The position numbers and the translations under genes were made by a program. Positions 19,724 through 29,833 of a stretch of DNA of 64,000 nt are shown piece after piece (position 1 is the stretch's first letter; each line of letters opens with the position of its first letter). Under the pieces are notes generated by a model that did no database searches, had not been told where the DNA came from, and saw only the letters and a list, made by a program, of their open reading frames with translations. This DNA is from a bacterium (GTDB lineage Bacteria; UBA8248; JACPRG01; G963555815), in contig CAUVWX020000001.1 of assembly GCA_963555815.3 (NCBI GenBank), positions 64,001-128,000 on the forward strand, read 5' to 3'.

Positions 19724-20695
19724 TCACATGGACACCTCGATGTAGGCCTTCTTCTTCAGTTCTTCCAGCCAGCGCTCGTAGCGTGCGTTGAGTTTTTCCG
19801 TGTAGACATGGCCTCGAATCCTATCAGTCACCTGCTCGAGGGGAGGGGCTTCTTGCGCGGTCTTCTCGGTCAGTTTGATGATGTGATAGCCTGCGGATGT
19901 CCGCACCAGGGGCCCGATCTCACCCTGCTGCAGTGAGAAAAGGACTGCCTCGATGTCTGGGAGAATCTCCCCGCGTTGGATCAGGCCAAGATCACCTCCC
20001 TGAGCCCCTGAGTCGTCCTCAGAGTGAAGCCGGGCGAGCCCTTCGAAATCCTCTCCAGATTTGGCTCGCTCAAGGAGCACTTCGGCTCGAGCCTGAGCCT
20101 CAAGATCCTCGACCCCGTCCCCATTTCGCAGGGCCGCCACCAGGATGTGACTTGCCCGAAGCTGCTCAGGGGGCAGGAAATCGGCAACATTGGCTTGGTA
20201 GTAGTCTTCAATCTCCTCCGACGAGACCTCGATCCGGGACTGGACCTCGAAATTGATCACCCTCCGGATCATGATCTCCTCCGTGATCCTTTGGCGATAG
20301 TCCTCCAGGGTAATCCCCTCACGCGCCAGGAGGGCTTCCAGGGTTTCCTGGGTCAAGTGGTTTTCCTCCTTCACATCCTCAACGGCCAGCTCAATGTCGC
20401 GCCCCGTCACTTCCATGTTGAGGTCTTGAGCCCGTTGGAGTTGAAGGGAGCGAATGATGAGCTGGTCGAGGGATCTTCGTTGGACAGCCTCCATCTCCCC
20501 CTCAAGTTCTTCGCCCTGAAACTTTCCCTGAAGGCCGAGAAGCTCATCGCTGGCGACTTCCTGGACGTCGCTGAGGGTGATGATCTCCCTGTTGACGACC
20601 GCCACAATCCGGTCGATGACGATGGCATTTGCATGTCCACCCAGAGCGAGCACCAGGAGAGCAACCGGCCAAACTTTCAGGCGGGACCGCCCCAT
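19724..20695 (-). CDS. surA: SurA-like periplasmic parvulin PPIase
   Basis: Signal peptide, IDRIVAVVN, SHIL, GEDFEGLA..SED..GGDLG, GYHIIK; GAGGAGG RBS before 20695. Confidence 0.85.
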   Translation of the reverse strand: MGRSRLKVWPVALLVLALGGHANAIVIDRIVAVVNREIITLSDVQEVASDELLGLQGKFQGEELEGEMEAVQRRSLDQLIIRSLQLQRAQDLNMEVTGRDIELAVEDVKEENHLTQETLEALLAREGITLEDYRQRITEEIMIRRVINFEVQSRIEVSSEEIEDYYQANVADFLPPEQLRASHILVAALRNGDGVEDLEAQARAEVLLERAKSGEDFEGLARLHSEDDSGAQGGDLGLIQRGEILPDIEAVLFSLQQGEIGPLVRTSAGYHIIKLTEKTAQEAPPLEQVTDRIRGHVYTEKLNARYERWLEELKKKAYIEVSM

Positions 20696-20727
20696 CACAA
20701 ACCTCCTCACCATGACCCCAAGCTCCA

Positions 20728-20782
20728 CTTCAGGTTCCCACGTTAACACAACCTTCAGGTTCCCACGTTAACACAACCTTCA
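20728..20782. repeat. Exact 25-bp tandem duplication (2.2 copies)
   Basis: CTTCAGGTTCCCACGTTAACACAAC at 20728-20752 and 20753-20777, then CTTCA. Confidence 0.95.
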
Positions 20783-23700
20783 AAGGCAATCAACGCCCCC
20801 TTCAGCGTTGAAAAGCGGTCCTCTGGGGTCTCGCCGACGGGGAGCCGAAAGGTCCGCTCATCAACGAACTGAAGACCGGGAAAGGCCAGGAACTCACGGG
20901 TGAGATTATACTCCCCTGGAGCCGCCACGAAGGTGACCTGTCCCCCCTCCAACTTCACACGCTCGACGCGGCAGCGGGAGGCCAAGATCCTGATCTCGGC
21001 AACCTGGAAGAGGGTGTGCGCCTCGGGCGGAAGCGGCCCGAAACGGTCGGCCAGGGCACGCCTGAGCTCCTCCAGCTCTCCTGTAGTCCGGGTTCGAGTC
21101 ACCTCCCGGTAGAGCTCAAGACGCTGGTTTGTAAAGGGCACATACGCTTCCGGCAGGCTCCCCACCAGCCCCAGGGTCAGCTCCGGTTCCCCTCGGGGCT
21201 CGGCCGACACCCCCCTCAGTTCCTGGGTGGCCTCTTCCATCAACTGGCAATAGAGGTCAAAGCCGACGGCGGCGATATGGCCGGACTGCTCAGGGCCTAT
21301 AATGTTCCCCGCGCCCCGGATCTCTAGGTCCCGGGCGGCCAGGCGAAAGCCCGAGCCGAGGTCTCCCAGCTCCTCTAGGGCCTTCAGGCGCCTTCGGGCC
21401 GACTGGGTTATCACCCGGCCTGGCGGGATGAGGAAGTAGGCGTAGGCCTGCTGGCTCCCCCGGCCCACTCGGCCCCGGAGCTGATAGAGCTGGGCGAGAC
21501 CGTAGCGGTCCGCCCGGTTGACGAGAATGGTGTTGGCATTCGGGATGTCCAGACCATTTTCAATGATGGTGGTGCAGAGGAGGACGCGGTGCTCTCCCGA
21601 TACAAACCGCATCATCGCCTCCTCGAGCTGCCGCTCCCGCATCTTGCCGTGGGCAATGCCCAGTGAGAGGCCAGGGACAAGCCGGCGAAGGTAGCGGGCC
21701 ACGACCTCGATATTCTCCACCCAGGGGTGGACAAAGAATATCTGCCCCCCCCGGTGCATCTCTCGGGTGAGGGCCTCCCGAATAACGCGATCACTAAAGG
21801 GGGTCACGTAGGTGCGAATGGCCAAGCGGTCGGCGGGAGGGGTATCGATGACGCTGAGGTCTCGAATCCCAAGGAGGCCCATGTGAAGGGTGCGGGGGAT
21901 GGGAGTCGCCGTGAGGGTGAGAACGTCCGCCGTCTTTCTAAAGAGTTTCAGCTTCTCCTTGTGAGTGACCCCAAACCGCTGCTCCTCGTCAACAACGATG
22001 AGTCCCAAGTCTCGAAATCGGACATCGGCTTGAAGGAGACGGTGGGTCCCGATGACGATATCGACGGAGCCTACCTCGAGACCCTTTAGGACGCCGGCCT
22101 GCTCGCTTGGGGAGCGAAAACGCGAGAGGAGCTCGACCGTGACGGGATAGGCCGAGAAACGCTCCTGGAGGGTCTGAAGGTGCTGTTGGGCAAGGACGGT
22201 CGTAGGCACTAGGATGGCCACCTGCTTCTTGTCCAATACCACCTTGAAGGCTGCGCGCATGGCCACTTCGGTCTTCCCATAACCCACGTCCCCGCAGATC
22301 AGACGATCCATGGGGCGGGGGCGCTCCAAATCTTCCACGACATCCAGGATGGCCTGACGCTGGTCGGGGGTCTCCTCGTAAGGGAAGGCGGCGGCGAACT
22401 CCTGACTCCAGTGGTCGTCGGGGGAAAAGGCAAAACCCGGGGTCACCTGGCGCTCTGCCGTCAAGCGCAAAAGGCCCTGAGCCATGGACTTGACCGAGGC
22501 CTTGACCCGACCTTTCAACCGCTGCCAGGCCATCCCCCCAAGCCGGTCCATCCGGGGCCTGCCCTGCCCCGCCCCGAGATATTTCTGGACCAAGTGCAAA
22601 TGATCCATGGGGACATAGAGTTTGTCCCCGCCGGCGTAATCCACCCGCAAAAACTCCCCCTCTCGTCCTCCCAGACCGAAGCCCTCCACCCCTTGGTAGA
22701 GACCGATTCCATACTCCCGGTGGACCAGATAGTCCCCTGGGGTGAGATCTCGGAAGGCGGCTTCAAAGGCCTGTCTCTTAGGCGCCGACCGAGGCCGACT
22801 ACGAACAGGGGTATAGAAGACCTCCTCCTCTCGCAGAAAGACTCGTCGAAGGGAAGGGAGGATAAACCCTTCCGAGAGGCGACCCACCCGGATGTCGAGG
22901 CCAGCCTCTTCAGCTCCGTCCAGGAGGGATTCCCTCCCCTCTTCCGTCACCTCTGCCCCCAAATCGTTTTCCTTCAAGATCTGCTGAAACCTGATCGCCT
23001 GGGTCTGATGGGCTGCGACAAGGCTCACTCGAAAGCCCTCTGCCAGCCAAGCCTGAAGTTGCCGGATGAAGTCCGGGACGTGTCCCTGAAAGGCTCCCGT
23101 GGCTTGAGAGAGGACGCGGATGAGCTGAAACCCCCTCTCCTTCTCGGCCGTCACGCCAAGGGCATGAAGCTCAAAAAGGGGCGCCCCAGGCCGGGCTCGA
23201 CGAGAGAGGGTCTCGAGGACGCGCCCGGGAGGAAGGGAATACTCGTCCAGAGAAAAAGGCAACGGTTCCACCGACGGAGAGTGGGCCGTCTCCTTGAGGG
23301 CGTCCCATCTCACGGCCTCCGCTTCGGCAAACTCATGAGGCTCATCCAGGATCGCAATGGCCTCCCCAGGTAAGCCTTCGAGGGGCATTTCCAGATCGTC
23401 GAAAAAGAGAGGCGAAAAATTCTCGACGCCGGGGAAGTGGCCCTCTTCGATGAGACGGTCGGCCAGATACTTGCCCCGGTCGCTCTCCCCGCGCTGGTTG
23501 GCCCACTGCCTCAACCGATCGGCACCTCGAAGGCGAGCGGCTTGCCCCAGGAGGAATTCCCGGGCCGGGAGGATGTCCACCCGTCCCGCCTGACCGACGG
23601 ACCGCTGGTCGGAGACGTTGAAATGACGGAGGGATTCGACCCCCTCCTCGTCAAATTCCACCCGAACGGGAAGGGCCGCCTGAGGGCAAAAGATGTCCAC

Positions 23701-24264
23701 GATGCCCCCCCGAACGGCGTACTCCCCCTTCTCCTCCACCAGGGGGACTCGCTCATAGCCCCCTTCTGAAAGGCGTCGCAGGAGTTCATCCCGGTCCAGG
23801 GCCTCCCCCGGAATAAGGGTCAGCGCCTCTGCGAGAAATCTCTTGGCCGGGATGACCCGCTGCGCCAGCGCGGCAAGAGAGGCCACGGTCACGGCCGCCT
23901 CCCCTTTTGCCCAGGCCGCCAGGGCCGAAAGCCGCTGCCCGACCACCTCCGGGCTCGGAGAGAGGGGTTCAAGAGGCGAGAGTTCCCATGAAGGGAAGGC
24001 GTGGACACAAAAAGTGTCGCCCGGCGGCTCTTCCCCAGCCAAGTTCGCCTCGCGAGTCCCGGCAAAGAAGAGGAGGTCCTGGTAGAGGCTGTGACAGGCG
24101 GCGTCAGAGGGGGTGACCACCAGGAGGGGACACCGGAGATCCTGCAGGAGGGCCATCAGATAACAGGCCCGTGCCGGCCCGGAGAGGCCCACTACACGAA
24201 CGCGCTTCGCCCGGTCCGAGATCTGCGTCCAGTTCCATCGGGTGCAAAGGGCGGGTTCAGCCAA
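20755..24264 (-). CDS. mfd: Transcription-repair coupling factor
   Basis: MDRLICGDVGYGKTEVA, DEEQRFG, TATPIPRT, QLRGRVGR, DLEIRGAGN. Confidence 0.97.
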   Translation of the reverse strand: MAEPALCTRWNWTQISDRAKRVRVVGLSGPARACYLMALLQDLRCPLLVVTPSDAACHSLYQDLLFFAGTREANLAGEEPPGDTFCVHAFPSWELSPLEPLSPSPEVVGQRLSALAAWAKGEAAVTVASLAALAQRVIPAKRFLAEALTLIPGEALDRDELLRRLSEGGYERVPLVEEKGEYAVRGGIVDIFCPQAALPVRVEFDEEGVESLRHFNVSDQRSVGQAGRVDILPAREFLLGQAARLRGADRLRQWANQRGESDRGKYLADRLIEEGHFPGVENFSPLFFDDLEMPLEGLPGEAIAILDEPHEFAEAEAVRWDALKETAHSPSVEPLPFSLDEYSLPPGRVLETLSRRARPGAPLFELHALGVTAEKERGFQLIRVLSQATGAFQGHVPDFIRQLQAWLAEGFRVSLVAAHQTQAIRFQQILKENDLGAEVTEEGRESLLDGAEEAGLDIRVGRLSEGFILPSLRRVFLREEEVFYTPVRSRPRSAPKRQAFEAAFRDLTPGDYLVHREYGIGLYQGVEGFGLGGREGEFLRVDYAGGDKLYVPMDHLHLVQKYLGAGQGRPRMDRLGGMAWQRLKGRVKASVKSMAQGLLRLTAERQVTPGFAFSPDDHWSQEFAAAFPYEETPDQRQAILDVVEDLERPRPMDRLICGDVGYGKTEVAMRAAFKVVLDKKQVAILVPTTVLAQQHLQTLQERFSAYPVTVELLSRFRSPSEQAGVLKGLEVGSVDIVIGTHRLLQADVRFRDLGLIVVDEEQRFGVTHKEKLKLFRKTADVLTLTATPIPRTLHMGLLGIRDLSVIDTPPADRLAIRTYVTPFSDRVIREALTREMHRGGQIFFVHPWVENIEVVARYLRRLVPGLSLGIAHGKMRERQLEEAMMRFVSGEHRVLLCTTIIENGLDIPNANTILVNRADRYGLAQLYQLRGRVGRGSQQAYAYFLIPPGRVITQSARRRLKALEELGDLGSGFRLAARDLEIRGAGNIIGPEQSGHIAAVGFDLYCQLMEEATQELRGVSAEPRGEPELTLGLVGSLPEAYVPFTNQRLELYREVTRTRTTGELEELRRALADRFGPLPPEAHTLFQVAEIRILASRCRVERVKLEGGQVTFVAAPGEYNLTREFLAFPGLQFVDERTFRLPVGETPEDRFSTLKGALIAFEGCVNVGT

Positions 24265-24269
24265 GGCGC

Positions 24270-25145
24270 TTAAGCCCCATGGGCGGCTTCTTTCAGGGCT
24301 GCTTCCATCCGCGGGCGAACCAGCTCCACCGGAAGTTCAGAGCCGGTCCAGATCCGAAAGTTCTCGGCTCCTTGATAGATCAACATCCCAAGTCCGCCGA
24401 GCGTCCTGGCCCCTCGTTCCCCCGCCAATCTCAGAAGAGAGGTCTCCAAGGGATTGTACACAAGGTCCATCACGACTTGAGTCGGACGGATGTGCTGGGG
24501 GGAAAGGGGCAGTGCGTCATCGCCGCCTTTCAAATGCGCCAGGCCGAGGGAGGTCGTGTTGACGATGAGATCTGCCTCCTTGGCCGCCTGAGCTACCTCC
24601 GGGCCTCTCAGGGAAACCGCCTGGACCTTCACACCTGGAGAGAGTTCTTCCACCTGAGCGGCGAGGGCCTGTGCCCGGGCAAGGGTCCGGTTGGCAATGG
24701 TGAGGGATAGGACCCGCTCTTGGGAGAGCTGCGAGGCCACCGCCCGGGCCGCCCCGCCCGCCCCCAAGAGCAGGACCCGGCGGTCACGGGGGTCAAGTCG
24801 CCCTTCTTCCCGAAGAGAGCGGAGAAAGCCGATCCCATCCGTATTGTGACCCAGAAGCCGGTCTCCATCTCGGTGGACCAGGTTGACGGCCCCCACTCGC
24901 TGCGCTTCCTCACTGAGTCCATCCAGGAGGGGGGCGATGGTCTCCTTGTGCGGGATGGTGACGCAGACGCCGTGGACCCCAGGGGTGCGAATTTCCTGAA
25001 CGGCGGCGGGAAGGTCCTGGGGGCGGACCTCGTAGAGTTGGAAGCGGAAGGAGAGATGGAGATGTTCGATGGCCGTCTCGTACATGAGAGGCGAGAGGGA
25101 ATGCGCGAGAGGATAGCCAAAGATCCCGAGGGTCAGGGGAGACAT
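24270..25145 (-). CDS. aroE: Shikimate dehydrogenase
   Basis: HSLSP, VTIPHKE, NTDG, GAGGAA, DLVYNP, MLIYQG. Confidence 0.95.
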   Translation of the reverse strand: MSPLTLGIFGYPLAHSLSPLMYETAIEHLHLSFRFQLYEVRPQDLPAAVQEIRTPGVHGVCVTIPHKETIAPLLDGLSEEAQRVGAVNLVHRDGDRLLGHNTDGIGFLRSLREEGRLDPRDRRVLLLGAGGAARAVASQLSQERVLSLTIANRTLARAQALAAQVEELSPGVKVQAVSLRGPEVAQAAKEADLIVNTTSLGLAHLKGGDDALPLSPQHIRPTQVVMDLVYNPLETSLLRLAGERGARTLGGLGMLIYQGAENFRIWTGSELPVELVRPRMEAALKEAAHGA

Positions 25146-25152
25146 AAAAGGG

Positions 25153-26052
25153 CTAGGGGAGGTCTTTTTTGCTGACGAGGAAATCGCGGACGATGTTACT
25201 GTCGGTCTGGGGAAGCTTGATGGCGAGGCCGTTGAGCTCCACACGGGTTCCAGCCGTATTGCCGACGGTAAGGGCAAACTCCTCTCGCCCTTTCCAGTTC
25301 CGGCTGAGACCTTTAGGAAGGAGGACCTCATCTTGCTCCACACCATCTACAACTACCCTAAGCCATGTGTCCTCTATGGCAGTGACCGTGAGGGTAAGTT
25401 GGCTCTCCCCGACCGAAACCTCAAGGCGTGCCTCCGAAGCCCCATTCTCTGACTCCCCGGCGGCCGAGGCGCTCAGAGAATCCTGGACCACAGACGCCGA
25501 TTCCTCTTCAGGCGCCACCGGTGACACGGTCCCCTCTAAGGGGGCTCGAGGCCCGCTGCCTTCCTTATCCTCAACGGCTGGCCCTTTCACCTCTCCAGGA
25601 GCAGTGGCCTCCTGTCTCGGGGAGGCGATGATGGCCCCCATCATCTTTTGCCAACCACCCGTTATGAAGAGGGAGAGCACGCCTGCGGCCAAAAGGAACC
25701 AGAGGCCCAGGACAACTTTGCGCCGACGGGGACTCGGTGGAGCCACGGTCCGGTCGCTCCACTCCGGAAGGGCAATCCCCGTCGCTCGATGTCCTGAGCT
25801 TGACTCGTAACGGTGAAGGACTTGTGAAACATCGAGGCCCACCTCGGCGGCATAGGACCGAAGGAAACCCCGAAGAATGGGCTCTGAGGGAAGGCCGACG
25901 AAATGACCCTCTTCCATGGCCTCGAGGGATTTAACTTTAATCTTGGTGATGGCCGAGAGAAGCTCCAGGCTGATGCCGCTTCCCTCCCTATGGCGGCGAA
26001 GATACGCCCCCAGGCCCTCGTCGAACTTTCCCTTTTCGGGGAGATCGCTCAT
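25153..26052 (-). CDS. rodZ: RodZ-like HTH / TM / DUF4115 protein
   Basis: LGAYLRRHRE..RGFLRSYA HTH, single TM, TWLRVVVDG..VGNTAG..NG. Confidence 0.8.
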   Translation of the reverse strand: MSDLPEKGKFDEGLGAYLRRHREGSGISLELLSAITKIKVKSLEAMEEGHFVGLPSEPILRGFLRSYAAEVGLDVSQVLHRYESSSGHRATGIALPEWSDRTVAPPSPRRRKVVLGLWFLLAAGVLSLFITGGWQKMMGAIIASPRQEATAPGEVKGPAVEDKEGSGPRAPLEGTVSPVAPEEESASVVQDSLSASAAGESENGASEARLEVSVGESQLTLTVTAIEDTWLRVVVDGVEQDEVLLPKGLSRNWKGREEFALTVGNTAGTRVELNGLAIKLPQTDSNIVRDFLVSKKDLP

Positions 26053-26279
26053 CCAGGCCCCCCCCACTTCCCGAAATGAACGCCGAAATCTATCGCCCAC
26101 GCGCAGTCTCTCTACAAATAGACTGCTAAATCGAAGCAATATAGCATAGTCTCTCTACTATGCTCTACAAAAAATAGTGAAAAGTCCCTTCGTTATGGCC
26201 CCCCCGAGGGAGGGGGAGAATATCCCTTTTACCCTCCAGGGAGTTCGTGGGATGACGGGGAGAAAGGAGGTTCTACACC

Positions 26280-27311
26280 GTGGGCATTGAGATCCTCGTC
26301 CTGCGAGGAGGAGGTCTCGGGGACACCCTCCTTTCCATCCCGGCTGTATCGGCCCTGCGGCGAAAGTGTGTGCCCTGCCAGATCACGTGGGCGGGAAATC
26401 CGAGCTATCTCCTTACAATCCCCCTCGGTCTTCAGGTGGAAGGCCTGCGCTCGATAGAGGGCCCCGATTTCGCCCTCCTTCACGCCGAGGACATGACTGG
26501 AGCCGAACTCCTCGCCCGCTTTGGAAGACGCAACCCTTTCGACCTCATCGTGGCCTGGTCCTCCGGGCAGGGGACCTTTAAAAGGAACCTTCGCACTCTC
26601 GGGAAGCAGGTCCTTCTGGCATCCCCACACCCTCCCCAAGAGGGCCCTCCCCTCCACTCGTCCGACCATTTCCTGAAGACCCTGGCCTCCCTCGATGTCC
26701 CCCAGGGGGACATCGTCCTTAAGCTCTTGCCAAGCGAAGCGGATTTCGAGGAGGCATCCAGACAGCTAAAAGACATGGGGATCGACGGGCGTTCAGACTA
26801 CCTTGTCATTCATCCAGGAGGTGGGGGGCAAAGGAAGTGCTGGCCTCTCCAACGATTTATCTCCCTCGCTCAGGGGTTTTCTCCTGAGACCCCTCTTCTT
26901 TGGATCCTAGGCCCCGCTGAGGCAAAAACCCTTCAAAGAAGACTTTTGGATTCCTTGGGCACAGAGGCGAGGCTCATGATTGAGCCCCCTCTCCCTTGCC
27001 TGGCGGCCATTCTGGCTCGGTCCCGATGCTACGTGGGGAACGACTCCGGAGTCACCCACCTGGCAGCGGGGGTTGGGGCACCCGTCGTCGCCCTCTTTGG
27101 CCCAACGGACCCCCGCATCTGGGGGCCTCGAGGAAAATGGACTCTCACCCTGAGACGGGCAGAGGGCTGTCGCGCTTGCGCTGGATTAACAGACCAGAGA
27201 GATCACACCTGCCTGGAGGCGCTCTCGGTCGATGAGATCAGGGCGGCCGTCAAGAAGCAGGGTGAGGGTTCTTTAGCGGGTGAAGGGCGAAGGCCCGTCA
27301 GGAAAATCTGA
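26280..27311 (+). CDS. Glycosyltransferase family 9 (heptosyltransferase-like)
   Basis: GLGDTLL, IHPGGG..KCWP, VGNDSGVTHLAA, LFGPT..WGP. Confidence 0.88.
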   Translation: MGIEILVLRGGGLGDTLLSIPAVSALRRKCVPCQITWAGNPSYLLTIPLGLQVEGLRSIEGPDFALLHAEDMTGAELLARFGRRNPFDLIVAWSSGQGTFKRNLRTLGKQVLLASPHPPQEGPPLHSSDHFLKTLASLDVPQGDIVLKLLPSEADFEEASRQLKDMGIDGRSDYLVIHPGGGGQRKCWPLQRFISLAQGFSPETPLLWILGPAEAKTLQRRLLDSLGTEARLMIEPPLPCLAAILARSRCYVGNDSGVTHLAAGVGAPVVALFGPTDPRIWGPRGKWTLTLRRAEGCRACAGLTDQRDHTCLEALSVDEIRAAVKKQGEGSLAGEGRRPVRKI

Positions 27312-27343
27312 ATCTCCCGGGGCCTCCGGCAACACAAACTCCT

Positions 27344-28216
27344 CTACTTCCCGTGAGACGACCGCAGCGGCCGGGGGGCCTGAACCAGATAGGCCACCTC
27401 GGCGCCGTAGAGAACGAGAATCCAGGTGAAATACAGCCAGAGGAGGAAAATGGGGATGATTCCCAAAGAGCCGTAGAGCTGGGTCAGGGTGGAAAAGTGA
27501 TTCACATAGCTGTCGAAACCGAATTTGGCCCCTTCCCAAAGCGTCCCCGCCACCAGGGCGCCGGAGAGGGCACTCATCCAGCGAATCCCCCCTCTCGGCA
27601 GAAAACGGTAGAGGACAAAGAAGGCCGCCCAAGTGATGAAGAGGGGGCGGATGAGGGCATCTCTTTGGTAGGCCCAAGCCAGATAGGGAACCGGCTCCAC
27701 CCTCGAACTGAAATAGAGAAACACCGCAATAAGAATGGGGACCAGTGTGAGGGCAACCCAGAAGATGAAAAACCGAGCAAAAAAGGGACGGCTCTTCGGG
27801 ATCTGCCAGATCCGCAAAAAAACCTTCTCCAGCATCGTGAGCAAGGAAAAGGCCATGAAGATCAGGAAGACGAATCCGAAGAAACTCAAAGTCCCAGCGT
27901 TTTCTGAAAAGGTCTGGATATAGTTGTAGATGAGGTCTCCAGAGCCCGGCAGGAAGTGGGCAAAGAGCAGCGAGCGCACCTGCTCTCCTGCGGCGGCCGA
28001 AGCGGAGAAGACGCTGAAGATCGAGAAGGAGAGGACCGTGATGGGGACCAGGGCGAAGAGCGTGGTGAAGGCGAGGGCTGCAGCCCAAGAAGGGCACTGA
28101 TCGGCAAAAAATTTCTTGATAGACCGGGCGAAGACCCCCACCGCGAAGCGGCCCGCCCCTCGGATCCCTCGCGCTCCGTGTCCCTGGGCTATTGGAAGGT
28201 CTTCCTCAGGCCCCAA
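27344..28216 (-). CDS. YihY/BrkB family membrane protein
   Basis: AAALAFTTLFALVP, LYRFLP, LYGSLGIIPIFLLWLY..LYGAE. Confidence 0.9.
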   Translation of the reverse strand: MGPEEDLPIAQGHGARGIRGAGRFAVGVFARSIKKFFADQCPSWAAALAFTTLFALVPITVLSFSIFSVFSASAAAGEQVRSLLFAHFLPGSGDLIYNYIQTFSENAGTLSFFGFVFLIFMAFSLLTMLEKVFLRIWQIPKSRPFFARFFIFWVALTLVPILIAVFLYFSSRVEPVPYLAWAYQRDALIRPLFITWAAFFVLYRFLPRGGIRWMSALSGALVAGTLWEGAKFGFDSYVNHFSTLTQLYGSLGIIPIFLLWLYFTWILVLYGAEVAYLVQAPRPLRSSHGK

Positions 28217-28283
28217 TGGGGAACGAAGCCTCCCTTTTTTCTACGAAGTGGAAAGCGCGCGTCTTTCCGCTGGCCATACCCGC

Positions 28284-28991
28284 CTAGAGGCCGTAGTGCC
28301 AGGGATAGCCCTGGGCAGCCCAATAACTGCTCGGGTGCTCTTCTAGGAAGGCGAGCGCGATGAGCCCCTTGACATTCTTATAGCCGATGTGGGTTGGGCA
28401 GATGAGGCGAAGGGGGCCTCCGTGCTCGGGGCTCAGCGGTTCATCATTCAGTTCGTAGACGAGGAGGGTCTGGGGATGGCGGGCCGACTGGAGATCTAGG
28501 GAATCCCAGTAGTCGTCGGCCGCGACAAAGGCGACGTATTTGGCCTCTGGACGAACGCCGACCAGGTCAAGGAAATGGCTGAGGGGTACCCCCTTCCACT
28601 TGGCGATGGCGGACCATCCTTCCACGCAGATGATCTCCGTGATCTGGGTCCGGGAGGGCATCTGTTTAAAATCTTCCAGCCGAAAGGGTTTTGGATTCTC
28701 CACTTTACCGCTCAGGCGCATAAACCAAGTGTCTGGGGGCATTCTGGGCGTGATGCCATGATAGTTGTTCTTGAAGTCGGGACGGGTGATGTCGGCCTCG
28801 GTGAACTCCGGGGCGAGACGATTCTTGCCGAACACCAATTGGCCCAGTTGGTCATTTTTCTTCGCGAACCACTCGAAGAACTTCTGTGCCAACCTGCTAT
28901 CGTTCGTTGCCCGGGTCACCTTGGCGCACCCTGCCAGCAAGAGCACGCTCGAGACCTTGAGGAAGTTCCGGCGCCTTATCTCTTTCATCAT
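28284..28991 (-). CDS. Sulfite-oxidase-fold (MsrP/YedY-like) molybdoenzyme, Tat lipoprotein
   Basis: RRRNFLK..LLAGC, CVEGWS, HPQTLL, EHGGPLRL, GYKNVK. Confidence 0.85.
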   Translation of the reverse strand: MMKEIRRRNFLKVSSVLLLAGCAKVTRATNDSRLAQKFFEWFAKKNDQLGQLVFGKNRLAPEFTEADITRPDFKNNYHGITPRMPPDTWFMRLSGKVENPKPFRLEDFKQMPSRTQITEIICVEGWSAIAKWKGVPLSHFLDLVGVRPEAKYVAFVAADDYWDSLDLQSARHPQTLLVYELNDEPLSPEHGGPLRLICPTHIGYKNVKGLIALAFLEEHPSSYWAAQGYPWHYGL

Positions 28992-29308
28992 CTAACCCCC
29001 CCTCGAATCCCCAGGCCGGACGGCCAAGGGAAAAGGACAGGTTCTGGGAGCATTCCGTGCAACTCGCCTTCTTGGGCCCTGTTTATCAGTCCAGGTACGA
29101 ATCATTACTTTAATTTCATTATAGAACGCACACCTCTACCTGGCAACCTTTCCCCGGCTTAATCTCGCCAGCGGGCCGACAAACCAAGGGATCTCCTGAG
29201 ATTTCAGAAGCTTTCCCAAAGCATCCCAATAAGTTTTTAGTCCTTCGAAGGGATCCTGCGATCCCTGTAATGCGTCTCTCGACATTTGGGACGCTGAACT
29301 CATGAAGA

Positions 29309-29833
29309 TTAGGGATTCGGGGGGGGGGGATTGTGGGGACTCACGGCCTCTTTTTCGGCCCTCGCGTGGACCTTCCGCTCCTGGGCCACCAGCAGGTCCC
29401 TCACTTCCTCCATGAACTGGTTGACATCCTTGAAGGAGCGATAGACGGACGCGAAGCGGACGTAGGCTACGCCGTCCAGCTCATGGAGCTTCTGCATCAC
29501 CTTTTCCCCGATAATCTGGCTCTGAACCTCTTTTTCGCCGAGATCGAGGATGGCGCGTTCGATGCGGTCCACCAGGGCCTCCTGCTCCTCAGCGCTAACA
29601 GGGCGCTTCTCGAGGGCCTTCTGGATGCCCGCCGCGATCTTCATTCGGTTAAAGGACTCGCGTCTTCCCTCTTTCTTCACCACCAGGGGAAGGGTGTCTT
29701 CCACGCGCTCATAAGTGGTGAAGCGTCTGCTGCACTTCTCACACTGTCGGCGGCGGCGAACGGCGTTGCCGTCTTTGGCCAGTCGGGAGTCAATCACCCT
29801 CGTATCAGACAGTCCGCAAGCAGGACACTTCAC
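29309..29833 (-). CDS. nrdR: Transcriptional repressor NrdR
   Basis: [30 protein letters not shown]. Confidence 0.97.
   Translation of the reverse strand: MKCPACGLSDTRVIDSRLAKDGNAVRRRRQCEKCSRRFTTYERVEDTLPLVVKKEGRRESFNRMKIAAGIQKALEKRPVSAEEQEALVDRIERAILDLGEKEVQSQIIGEKVMQKLHELDGVAYVRFASVYRSFKDVNQFMEEVRDLLVAQERKVHARAEKEAVSPHNPPPPNP

Noticed and set aside
29319..29329. G11 tract as a phase-variation switch in nrdR
   Set aside because: It lies in the last few codons of a non-conserved Pro-rich tail, so slippage would barely alter the protein.
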